This document shows, piece after piece, positions 48,062 to 61,100 of a stretch of DNA of 64,000 nt. This stretch comes from Paragordius varius. Its lineage: Eukaryota > Animalia > Nematomorpha. The stretch is taken from the NCBI GenBank assembly GCA_964247055.1, contig OZ176053.1, positions 2,604,001 to 2,668,000 of the forward strand, in the 5' to 3' direction. Positions within the stretch are counted from its first letter, which is position 1; each line of letters starts with the position of its first letter. The position numbers and the translations under genes were made by a program. A model generated the notes under the pieces. That model had not been told where the DNA came from and made no database searches. It saw only the letters and a list, made by a program, of their open reading frames with translations.

Positions 48062-48421
48062 ATTATATATATAATACAATCACAAATAACGACTTAAAAA
48101 AATTACCCTAAAAATAATACACAAATTAAAATTTAAATGTTAGTTGGTATAAAATTACTATTCCTTGAAAATATAATTTTTTATATCAAAATATATTCCC
48201 AATAATTGTGATTTTTATTGGAATTTTAACTCTACACAATTTTATATTTTTTTATATTATTCGTATATTGCGTATCAAAAAGCATAGCCTATATAATATT
48301 ATATTTATTTTTTCAACATAAATACTAATATTGTTATATCTTGACCCTTGATGCCACCAAAAGTGTATGATTTTGTAGTTATTTCATCCATATATGTGAG
48401 TTCTGAACATTATAAAGTAAA

Positions 48422-49013
48422 TTAACTTGGGCAAAAGATTGAAACTAATTCCTGTTTATTCCAATTGCAAGAAGCTATAATAAACGTACTTTGATGCGCC
48501 ATTATTTTCGTCAAAGATGTTATGTATTTATTTATAATTGTTTCACCATCATCATGTGTAATATTTGTTTTAGATATTTGATTAGTTATGGCATCAAAGG
48601 TGCCCTTATCAATAACTAGCAAAAAAGTTTTATCACAAAAATCATCGGTTACAAAGTCGTTTATCTAAAATTACAAAATATCTTACATACAAATCAACTT
48701 TATAAGATGACAATAAAGCTTCAGCTAAATTTATAGACGATTCGCTATAATCTACACCTGACAAATTTATAAATCCTTTTTCTGCCAATTTCAAAAGTAA
48801 ATGTCCGTTTCCTGTACCTATATCAATGATGGAGGTATCCGATTGAAAATGGTCTCCAATATATTGAACGATGCTATTTTCATATTTTTGGCCAAACCAT
48901 ATATCCCCAAAATCTTTTTTATTGCTTTTAAAATTATCGATTTCTTTTTCATAATGTTTGTCCCAACTAAAAATAAAATAGTCCACATACTATTCAACTT
49001 TGGACAAATCCAT
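48422..49013 (-). CDS. EEF1AKMT2: EEF1A lysine methyltransferase 2 (METTL10/Efm4-like), 3 exons, 181 aa predicted
   Basis: Exons 49013-48991, 48966-48687 and 48664-48422; introns of 24 and 22 nt. Motifs: KVEYWDKHYEKEIDNF, GDIWFG, IIDIGTGNG, GVDYS, IDKGTFDAI, IASCNW. Confidence 0.9.
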
Positions 49014-49066
49014 GCGTGAATGATGCTTTTATGAATGTCGCATTTTAAAATATGTTACATTAATAT

Positions 49067-49543
49067 ATGCTGCCTAATTTTCAAACTCCAAATTTAAATC
49101 CCTTAAATATTCCATCGGAAGATAACCAGGTAGTCACATTGTTATTCATTAGTTAAATCAAGATATATAACTTTAATATATTTTAGATAATATCAAAAGC
49201 CAATTTGACAAATTTGGTAAAATCGGTTGATGTAAACGAGCAAATAGATGATGAAGTTGAACAGATTCTTTACAAAATGGCAAATGAAATGCTGAATGAT
49301 ATGGTTGAATATTCAATTAAATTGGCTAAACACCGAAAATCGAATGTTTTAGGCGTACGAGATCTTAAATTATATCTCGAGAAACAGTATGATTTGGTTA
49401 TTCCCGGCTTTTCTACGGACACCACTGATGATCTAAATCGACAACAGCAGCTGTCACAAACGAAAAACAAAGCTACAAAAATAAATATAGAGATTCATAA
49501 CCAGCGTATGGCTTTAATAAAAAAGGCTTTGAAAAAAATTTAA
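49067..49543 (+). CDS. TAF12: TFIID subunit TAF12 (histone fold), 2 exons, 139 aa predicted
   Basis: Exon 49067-49129, a 57-nt intron, then exon 49187-49543. EDNQIISKANLTNLVKSVDVNEQIDDEVEQIL..LAKHRKSNVLGVRDL.LYLE..IPGF..HNQRMALIKK. Confidence 0.93.
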
Positions 49544-50068
49544 AAATCAGCACGTAATACAAAGATTATCCTAATTTTGTGAATTATGACATATTTATAG
49601 TATTAAAAAATAAAAATTTTATGTGAATTATTATGTATTAACGTGTTAAATATTTGCATTATATATCCTTGGAAATAAAATATTGAAAATTTAAGTAAAA
49701 ATTATCAATTTACTTTGCAATAATTCGTTAATTTTTTATTAGAAAAAAACTTTATACCTAAAATTGTTCTTTTTAAATTTTCGGTTCTTTGATTATCCAA
49801 ATTTAAATGGTTAGTACCATATTTTATAAAAAAAGGTACCAACACCCAATGAATAAATTTATATTGATCAAATTGCAAAAAAATTCCATTTGTTTGTGAT
49901 TAAAAATAAAATATTTTTTTTAATATACGATATGGAGAAAAAATTTAATTTATTTAAAAAATCAGATAATTTATAAACCATTTTTACAATTCAATTTTAA
50001 TAATTATTTTTCGTATTTGGCCAGGATGAAATATGTTTTACTATAAACTATTTTTTTAATATAAAAAG

Positions 50069-50746
50069 CAGGGCTTGGATCCGGAACGCGGTTCCTTTGG
50101 GATGAAACCAACCCGGTTCCGGTTCCATCCCCTTAATTACTGGTTCCCATGTGATTTTTATTATAAAAATTTTATTTTATTATTTAAATTTGATTGTACC
50201 ATTACACATTACAACATACTTCAAACCTAAAACTAAGCGGCTAATATTAGCGATACTCTCTGAATTATGGACGATTCGGCTCTTCTCTTCTAAAAACAAT
50301 AAGTCACTCTAATTTATTTATTATACATATGTTCCTATATATAGGTCTCCGTTGAAATAAATTTTTCACCCTTAATTTTCTCAGACTTGAGAAGCAGTTT
50401 GACTAGCGAATTGCTTGGTGCAATAATTTTGTAAAGTTAAATAAAATTTTTTAGATGCCATACTTAATTTAACTCTCATTATATACCTTTGTACTTATAC
50501 GTTTTCCTATTATAATTTTATAATTTGTTTCATTTATTATTCTACGCTATATTTCTTTAACTATACATTAGGCAATTCATAATAAATTGTTTGATTTAAT
50601 TTTGGTTGTTTTATTATAATAATAATTTTGTAAATCATTTAATTAATCGTCAGGAACCGAAAATGGTACCGGTTCTAAATGTAAAAAACCGGTTCCGGAA
50701 CCGCTAAATTTTTAAGGAACCACCCCGATTCCGGTTTCAAGGCCTG
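50069..50746. mobile_element. Non-autonomous hAT element with intact TSD
   Basis: Ends CAGGGCTTGGATCCGGAA and TTCCGGTTTCAAGGCCTG, 8-bp TSD ATAAAAAG (50061-50068 and 50747-50754), and many subterminal GGAACC/GGTTCC motifs. Confidence 0.9.
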
Positions 50747-51370
50747 ATAAAAAGTTGAGTTCAAAAACTTAATCATACGAAAAAATCAATTTTAAATTAT
50801 AAGATCAAAAATTTGAAGAGTATCCAATTAAAATAACCATTATATCATATGTTTCAAAAACATATTGTAAAATCTTTTAAAGAACATATAAAATCACATT
50901 TATTTACAATTTATAAGGTTTTTTGCTTCACATAACAATCCAATCTAACAGCATACGGACGTTTTTCGATTATAAGCGCGTTATGGCGCCAAAGTTTTTT
51001 GAAAAAATAAATAGTCTTTTTCTCGGCACAGTATATATTAGGTTTGTTTTGATTTGATTGGGCAAAATACGTTTTCAAAGAGTTTCCAAATTTGAATTTT
51101 TTTATTTTTAAAATCTTATTTAATATGATGTAGCCAATTTATTTATATAAAATATGTTAATATTTTCATGAAAAGTAAATGTTTATATTTTTATAGCTAA
51201 GTCAAATAAATTTACCATTAAACAATAAAATTAAAACTTATTAAAATATTTTTAAAAATCAAATTCGTTCGTTAGAAACCGTTTTTCTATAAATTAATGT
51301 AGTCCCTTTCCAAAGCTAACATATTGAATAAAATTGGCACATAAGCTTTTTTTAAAAGCAACATTTAAAC

Positions 51371-54024
51371 CAGTGATACTCAAACCGCGGCCCGTGGGCC
51401 TCATGCGGCCCTAAGAGTGCTTTAAATTTGCCCTAAGACCATATTGATACTTAATTATTTTTTTATTGATAAATTTTTAAAATACACATAAACGAATTTT
51501 CGCTTATTTTAATATTAATTAATTTACTTTAAATTTAATTTTAATGATTTTTATTTTTTATCAAATTTGAAATGTAGAAAATTTCCCTACATTAAAATGA
51601 TTTTGGCACATGTTGTTTCTGTTTCTGTATTCTATTTTCTTTTTTTCTTTTGAAATTTTTATTGTAGTCCTTTTTGTATTTAAGCTTTTTCACCCTAACT
51701 TGCATATACATATTTCATTGTTATCCTGCATCATTTTTCATAACTTATTATAATTCAAATTATATCACCATTTTTTTAAAAAAATTATTTAAGCACAAAT
51801 TCAAAGGATGACATTCAATGCAAAAAAAGGTAAATCATCCGATGAAAATCACTCCTTTAAAAAGGAATGGAAAAATTCTTTGTCGTTTTAAATAAAAATG
51901 CGGTTACCTGCCTTATATAAGGACAAAATAATTATAAAAAATACAATATTGAAAGAATTTTACAATTCATCATCTCATAAATTACCAGAAAATCATGAGG
52001 AAGGAAATGAAAAATAACTTCGTATGAAATTCGCTATATTTCAAGAAATATGACACCGTTTATTGATTCCCAACTAATAAAAGAATGTTTAATAAATGGT
52101 TGCACTTTTTATTTGACAAATCATGAGGCAAGTTAAAAAAACTTCAACTTTCTGATTCAACATATGATCGAGGCATTGAAGATATGTCTAATTTTCAACG
52201 ATGCATTATTGGCTTTGAAAAACTACAAATATTTTAGTTTTGCTATTGATTCTAGCACTGATATTAATTTAACCTCAATGTGTGATCTTCGTGAGATTTT
52301 GCAACGATAACTTAAATGAGGAATATTTAAAATTTTTACCAATGAATAATACCACGAAAGCAAGGGATTTTTTCGAATAATTAGCACTTTTCTGGATAAT
52401 AGGGTATATCTATGAGAAAATTGGTTTCGATCTGCAGAGATGGCTGTTCCTCTATGATTGGAATAAACAAAGTTATTCCTCATTTGAAAAATAAATATAA
52501 TTTGCAAAATATTTTATCCTTTCACAGCTTTATTCATCAGCAAAACTTGATTTCGCGTTTAAAAGATGAATCACTATTCAGTAATTAAAACGGTCGTGGA
52601 TATAGTTATCACATCCGTGGCAGATAATTCAACCGCCGAAATTCAAAAACCTTCTGAAAGATATCTACAGTGAGTTTGCAATATTCTTTTGTGCAGCGCT
52701 GTGAGATGGCTAAGCCTTATTAAAGTAATTAATAGATTTTTTGTTTTAGGACAAGAAATTCTATTATTTATGAATAACAGAAAGTTTGACGAGGAAATTA
52801 ATAGTGACAAATGGTGGGTTTTATTGGCCTACCTTTGCGACATTACTTATAAACTTAGTATTTTTAATACAATTTTCCAGGTAAGCAATAACCTAATTTG
52901 CTCAACAAATATTTGCTTTTGAAAAATAATAATCTATATATAAATAAGATTTCGAAAGTAAAACACTTTTATATTTTCCAACACTTAAAACAATTTATTA
53001 AGAAAATATGGAATTTACCGCGGAGATTATTTTAATAATAGACAATCATTTAGTATTTTTATCTAATATGAAATACAGATTTCAAAAATTAGAAATATTA
53101 AAAATTGCTTAAAACTCGTTAAAAATCCATGGCATATGGATATTATGTGGACTTAGTTTTTTTTTAAAAAATGGCATTTTACGGGGTAAGCTGGTAAAAA
53201 GAGGGCCTAAATAAAAAAAGCGAGCCGACTATGTTCGATGCAATCGAAAATATGTAAAAAATCATATTTGAAATCGGATAGAATAACACGTTTCCGGAAA
53301 ATTGTAATGGACTTCTGTTTTTAAAAAATCCGTTTTTTACACGGGGTGACCAAACTGGGGGCCTAATTCAAAAAAAGGCGAAGCTATTGACGGGCTCTTC
53401 ATTAATTATTATATTTTTTCGACATTCGAATTTGAATGTGTCTACCGGTTTTCCAACATGTCACAAAGCCACCACTTTCCATTTTTATAAATTAGATTAA
53501 GCAAATTGAGAATTTTGGTTTTGGGATATCATTAAATCATTTGTAGATTTTAAAAATCATTCCAATTCAGAGGCTATATTCAAGAAGAATCGTTGAGAAG
53601 AAAGATATGTAGGGTTTTGGCAAGATGTGCCAAACAAATATGAAAATATAAAAAATCAAGTTATTCTAATGTTTTCCCTCAACTTACATGACTGAAACGG
53701 CATATTCAAAAATGAAAATCGATTATCCGATGATAATATGGACGACGTATTGATTAGCCTGTCATGAGGCATAACCAAATTTGTCAAAAATTATTGGTTA
53801 ATATCAAAATAAATGTTATCAAAATACTTTAATTTTTTAAACTTAATGGTGCCAAACGAGTTTTTAGCTGGATTTACATGCCATCCGCAAAAAATTCATG
53901 GTGATTTAAAGGTATGTGCGTATGTGTCAAATAGCTATGGAATATTTGCCATTATAAGGTTCATGGCCCTCGAAAAAAAATATATTTTATTTGGCCCGTC
54001 AATTTTTTTTGGTGAGTACCACTA
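51371..54024 (+). mobile_element. Degenerate hAT (SPIN/Buster/Charlie) transposon
   Basis: Ends CAGTGATACTCAAA and GGTGAGTACCACTA. Peptides LQLSDST..RGIEDMS, FSFAIDSSTDI, DGCSSMIG, HSFIHQQNL and VRWLS. No matching TSD. Confidence 0.85.
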
Positions 54025-55511
54025 AACCATTGTATTTCCTAAAAAAGTGACATGATTTATTCGGAGATTTTATAATATTTTTTAAATTACCTATTTCATT
54101 TGTTTTAGCCACCAATTGAAAACAAAGATGGATCACTAGAAGCATAATGGAGGAAATTAATTGCTAAAAATATTTGAGTTTAATTTTACCACCAATGGTA
54201 AAAAGATAGGTTTGAAAAGGATTTTTAAAAGTATACAGATAATGTTCGTTACCAGTAGCATATATTTTTTTGAAATATTAAGATGGCAAATTTATCATTA
54301 ACTATATGACCAGATTTAAATATATAAAAAGGGGAATTAAAATAGCTTACTGCCCTTTAATACGATAAAAATTTTGCCGTTTATTTTAAAATATTTGTTT
54401 AAAAATAGCTATTGATTTATTCTTAATAAAATTAACCACAAATTATATAATCGAACATAAATTATCTCCCTAATAGCATATCAATTTGTCAAATTTATTT
54501 TGCATAGTTCTACGAGATATTGCCCCAAGAATATAACTAAAAAAATTATTTTATGATTTAATTTAAGCAATACAATATTAAAATTATTACATAAACTAAA
54601 AGTTTTATACATAACAAAACAAATTACAAAAGCAATAAAGTATCATTTATTTATATAAATGCATTAAAATGAGATATAATTGACTGTGTGATAATGTTGG
54701 GATTAATATAAACACTTGCCCATATATTTTCATGTCGGTTTATCAGGCTAAAAATAAGTAATTATTTTGCAATATCGGCATAATCTTACCAAACAAAGAT
54801 TGTTATAAAAATTTTAAAATATGTAGAATTCTTTTTCCAAGTTTTTGATGATGTGTCAATCCATTAATATTGCAAATTTTAAGTTAAAGATAGGATAGAA
54901 TCTAGCGCTTTTGTTTTTGTGCTAAATGATATATATCTGTTTTAACAGATTTTATGTCTTAAATATATTAAAAACATAGGTACTTTGTTATATTGCTCAA
55001 AAATTTTTACTACAAGGCTATAAATCAAAAATTCTTTCTTTTATTTTATGGGATTATTTAGAAATAAAATAGGGTTCACATAAAAATAATTGGCTATGTA
55101 AAAAATAAAATTTAATTTCATAATATCAAGTATAATTCAAATTATTGCTGGCGAATTGGTAATACCGTAGCGAATGATATAAAACAAATTTTATCAATAA
55201 TTAATTAAACAAATTTAATGTTGTAAGATACGAAAAAATGTTTAATTTCAACCATTTGTTGTTTTTTCCCATACGGTACTCTATTGCCATTGGCCAACAT
55301 CCAGGCACATAAGGTACTTTTAGGATCAATAGAAATGTCTAAATGTGATAATGTGTAATATTAAATTAACCACCATGAATTTGTATTATGTTTTAAGTAA
55401 TATCTAAATTACGGGTATTGAACAAACAAAAACATCCTTTATATCTGAAACGTGCACAAAATATTTCATTTTATTTTAAAGTAAAAAGCAAAAGTGTAAA
55501 AATAAACTTAC

Positions 55512-58136
55512 CTAATCAAGACAAATTATATCAGGCTGCATAAGTGTTGATTCAAGATTATTTTGTCGCTTTTTAGCACCAAAATGTAATTGTTTAAGCC
55601 ATTTATTCGTATCATCATAAGTATTGTCATTAATTTTATCATTATTACTAAAATTATTGGTGTGGATGATTTCATTAACACATAGTTTAGAGTTATTATT
55701 TGATCTTTCAAAATTATTTGCTAATGATTTTTTAGGTGATGCCGTAAAATATGTTGTAATTGGTTGTGTATGAGAGGAATTTTGGGATACTTTTTTAATT
55801 TGGCTTGTATGTTCTGGTTGAGTTGTGGTTTGTTTATTCTGGCTTTTAATCTTGGGTGCAGGTTCTGTAATTAAATTAAAAGTATCGATAGATATATATA
55901 TATATATAACATTAATTATGTTACATGAGAGATTTGAGTTTAAAAAATTAAAAGTATAAATTAAAATCATTTTTTTGATTAGAATAAATTTTCAAACACC
56001 ATCATCCATAAACCCGTAAAATATACAGTATGCATATTTGTGTTGTCCAATTCACATTATTTTTGGACATTTGGCAATACAATACAGTAGCATATGGGGT
56101 AAAAAACAAAAATGGTTACAATAAAACATTTTTTTTATATCTCACAACATTTTTGTTTATTTAAATACGGAAAAATTCTTATTATATCAGTACATTAGTA
56201 GAACCAATTAACCAACATAAGTTTGCATACTGTATCTATTGTAAATCCCCTAGATTGACTCAGTCCGATAATATATTGAAAAGAATAAACAGGGCCGCCT
56301 ATATACTAATTAGCTTATGTTGATCATTAAAAGTTTTGCTGATGTTTAAAATATGGGTTTTTTTAACTATCATTAAATTTTTTTAATTTGGTATTTTTAA
56401 TCGTTATAAAATAGGCCATATATGTTTCCCATGGAAATTCGATATATTAGAAATAGATGAAAAAATCATTTTACGTGGTTTTACATAAAAAAACTGTTTA
56501 ATTTCAGTATAATTTAGCGTGTAACTTCTGAGCTTTTTTAATTTAACAAAGGCATCAACCAATTTAATACTGATAATCATGCAATTTATGATTTTTAAAT
56601 AAGGCTTATGTTTAAATTGAATTAAAAAATTTAAATGAATCATTTTTTATTTTTTTAATTATTGGAGTATAATTTTAATTGTTACATACTATTAAACGAG
56701 TGGGATAAGCTTAACAGTGTATAACGTATGCCTGTCTCTAGGGTAATCAATACTTAAAGTATAAATTTAATTTTTATTTCCAATGTAATTTTTAAGCTTA
56801 TCTCCCCGTCCCCCAAATTAATAAATAATAATTTCAGCTAAATATTGGCATACAAATTTATTTTTAATCTTTGTTGCGAAGTTCCATATAAATTGAAATA
56901 TAATTGTTCCGAATTTCTTTAGTCAAATGAATAATCGTATTTTAAGGGATTTTGTAAAAAAAGTATGGTACACTATACATATAAAAATAAAATTTATGAA
57001 CAAAAATTTCAATCAAAGGCCACCATACTTTTTTAGATCTTGATATTGCCCACAAACACAACTATCTACTAAATACAATTTTGAATTATAAAGAATGTGT
57101 TACCCAATTTACATTTATATTCCTTATTTTGTGACTCTCAAAGCAATAGGTCACATGTGCATAAAAAAGATTTAGGATGTAAAGCTTTAATTTTTACTGA
57201 ATCAATTAATTAACAATTATACCACATATTTTAATGAATGTTCCCCCACAAGTTGCAAAGTGTTCGGACCACCAAAAATCACGAGGACTAGGAGGCCTAT
57301 TCATTGCCCGTTTAACAAGCCCATAAAATGGTTTTCTATACTGACAAGGACCATCACATTTCCACCAATGGGTCCGATATTCATTCACTTCCTCATGAAA
57401 TGAATGATAAACCTGCCAAGAGATATATTAAAATATGTGTATAAACCTATGTATATAAAAGGTCTAAAACTGATTTCGCCTCTAGATTCAAATAACTATT
57501 GGTACCACCAAATATCTGGTAGAAAACATTTTTTTTACTAAAAAAAATTGAATATAATTGTTTTTTGTGAAATAGTTTTGATTGAATATTAGAACAAATA
57601 AAGTTATATAACTTTTCTTAAACAAATTCAATATAATCATTTTTTTAAAAAAATAGGAAAGATAATGTGATTGTAAATATATAAAAAACAAATACTGTAA
57701 TATTGGTGCCAGCTAATTGATTAATTCGATACATATGAGAATGAAATTCTGAACCATGAGCATTTCTGTCCTAAAACTATAAACGACAATTTTACTTTAT
57801 TATTTTTTGTTATGAATAAGTATGCATGGATCATTTCATGCTAAAAATATAAAGATTCAATACCAATAGGGTTTCGATGAGATCTTTTCGACTCCTGAAT
57901 TTAAGGAGTGGCAAACTTAAGACAATTGTACAACCAGCATATTTATTATATTTGCATAAACCAGCGCATCTAATACATAAAATAAATTTTTACAATGTCA
58001 TTCGGTTACTCCATTTAACTTCAGCACTAGATAATTTATCATAAAAGTACAATGAATTATATGTATTAAAGAGCTCAAAGATATCAGGATTAGGGTCCGA
58101 AATTTCAAAAATTGGATCCACGATTGAAACCATCAT
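55512..58136 (-). CDS. SPRTN: SprT-like DNA-protein crosslink protease Spartan, 6 exons, 303 aa predicted
   Basis: Exons 58136-57994, 57969-57864, 57840-57796, 57770-57696, 57412-57223 and 55864-55512; introns of 24, 23, 25, 283 and 1358 nt. Motifs: DPNPDIFELF, EVKWSNRMTLCAGLC, ETLLHEMIHAYLF (HExxH), HGSEF, YRTHWWKCDGPC, HFATCGGTFIKI. Confidence 0.94.
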
Positions 58137-58175
58137 ATGGATTAATGACAAACGCGTAAATCATATTCGAGGAGA

Positions 58176-61100
58176 ATGCGATGTTTCGGGATTTTATTTT
58201 TAGTGGTTTTTTCCTGTATCATAACGAATATCCACCTTATTGAGTGTCATCAACATCATGGACACCACCATCACGATCACATAAAGTCGGAAGTCAAGAG
58301 AAAAGCTAATACAGAAAGAGCAAATCATCATCCACAACACGATGATCATTCACATAAAGATATTTTAACTCACAGCGACGCACATACAAAAGAAGGTAAC
58401 CAGGAGGATATATCACTTGAAAAGATTAAAAAATACGATGAAAGTTTACACAAAACGTCTCATCATGGTAGCCATCAACATTCACATCATCACCATCATA
58501 ATCATGCCTCTGATGAGGATATCGTTAAGAAACCTGTAACTTTTGAAGCTGTGATATATTCACTTTCTGCCACAATTTTGATAAGTTTAGCACCCATTCT
58601 ACTTATTACATTTATACCACAATTGGGCACCTCTTCACATCACAACAAATTATCCCCCTTACTAAAGTTATTGTTATGTTTTGCGGCTGGAGGTTTGCTG
58701 GGGGATGCTTTTTTGCACCTTATCCCACATGCGCTTTTAGAATATACTGGTATATATATACATACATAACTTTGTCTCAGTATTTTTATAAATAGACTAT
58801 TTACATATTTTTTTATAATTTACATCTATAATTATGATGCATCTTTAAAATATCTATAGCTTCATCTTTGTTTAAAAGAAACTTTTAGTAATAAGAAAAA
58901 ATTAAAATGCATGTAAGCAACTAATCACACCAATAATATCACTGTTTTCTGGATTAAATAATTCTTTTTTTCATTTCCGTGATTAATTTTATCAGGAATT
59001 GTTTAATGTAAAATATATTTTAAAAAGTTACTTTGCAACATGTTTGCCCTTTTATTTGTTTAAACCAACTTTTACGCCAAAATGAATAAAAAATTACGGT
59101 TTTTTAACGCGATTTAATGATAGATAATCGGTTGCTTATATGCAGACAATTAACTTATTTGTGATTATGCCAAAAATATTACTTATTCCATTGTTCCCAA
59201 AAATATATAGTTTTTAAACTTTTTTTATTTAATTTTACATGTAGCTCATGCACAAGAACAAGACGGGGATTTGGAACAAAATTTGGAGCGGGCCTTTAAT
59301 TTGGTTGGCATTAGAGTGCTGACAGGTATTTTAGCTTTTTTAGCTGTCGACAAATTTATACGAATTTTACAATCTACATATGGCGATAATGACCATATTC
59401 ATGGTAAGAAATTATCTACCGTTAAACTGCACGAAAAAATTGGCGATAATGCGAAAAAAACATCTCTAAACTCTGCCACAATAAGTTCGTCTTCTAACCC
59501 ATCGATTGAATACATATCTGGTGATGATACCACAATCAAAGGTATAGAATAATTTTAGAAAATGAAAATTTCGTATTTTGTAAAAAACCAAAAAAATTTG
59601 TGGTTTTATAATTGCTTTTATTCAAACCAGTGGTACTCATTAAAATTTTAAGGGCCGTGTACCACACAATATACGATTTTCTCAATCAAAAGCAAAACTT
59701 TTTCAACCAAACTCAACATTTTTTCAAGAAAACGCAACATTTTCCCCTCAAAGAGGAATAAAAATGTTGCATTTGCTTGAAAAATGCAGCGTTTGCTTTA
59801 AAAAGCGGTGCTTTTGATCGAATGGTATATAATAAATTTATAGCTGTTTGGCACATTTGCAGATAATTATACTTAAAAAATAAATACATCAAAATATTTT
59901 TCAAAAATATAGGGCCATAAAAAGAACTTTTAGGCCCCCGTTTGATTACCACTGGTTGAAACTGTATGCTAAATTCGTGTTTTAGGTATTATACAAAACG
60001 TTTTATTTTCAAGCTCCAATAATAATATATCAGAAAAAGTTTATATATAATCAATTTATGATTGCGTTATAAAAGATGAGAAAAAGATGCAACTTCGGAA
60101 AAGAAAAAATATTCATCGTGACAAAACGCCCGATCAACCCAAACCGAAAGATTTCGATTCAGATGACTCCGTAACGGATAGCGAAAAATCAAAATCTATT
60201 TCAACACAAAAAGGTCAGATAATTAAAATTAATTTGAACTATAATTTTATATATATAACATATATACCATTTACGATTCAAATTCGCTCTAAAAATAAAT
60301 AATATATGTTTTCGGGCTAATATAACTCATCATTAATATGAAATATATCTTTATGACATAGTTTATTGTTTTTTCAGTATTATTTAAATTTTAAACAAAT
60401 TTTCAGATTATTAAATTTTAAAATATAAATAATTTTTAATCGTGAAAATCACTGATTATTTTAGGGTGAATTTGATTTGTTCAAAGGTGGATTTGAAGTG
60501 TTCAAGGGGGAATTTAAAGTGTAAATATACAAACATATAAACTATTTACCCTAAACATAATATGATACAGTCAAACTTTTTAATGAAAAACACAGAACTT
60601 TACAAATTTTTACATATTTTTTTTAATAACATTTATCGTAAACCGCTCAATAAAATAACATATGGAAATCAATAATTACAGCTATTTTTATGCTTTAAAT
60701 ATGTATTCTTTCGAAATTATATAAGATTATATATTTAAAAAACCTTTATTTTAACAACCGGTATTAGCAATATTTTTTATAGAAATTTTGTTATTGTTTA
60801 ACTTATCATTGCAATATGTCACGAAATCAAATTTTCAGTTATAAAAAAATTATAGCGCACAGTATAATTTTATTATGTTTAATAATAGAAAAGGGTTGAA
60901 ACCCTAAAAATTTGCCTGAAAAAAGGGTTTATCTGTATTATATATTTAATAAAATATTTTTTTTGCGCAGATCCATCAAATAAAAATAGTGAGGGATGTA
61001 GTTTTTTGCAACTTAAAACATCGGCCATTCTAAATTTGGCGGCCGATTTCACCCATAATTTTACAGATGGGTTGGCTATATGTGCTTCCTTTCTTTCAGG

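Noticed and set aside
54050-55440. Possible additional gene between the hAT remnant and SPRTN
   Set aside because: There are exon-like GC patches on both strands, but I could not build a phase-consistent model or recognise a motif, so it is left uncalled.
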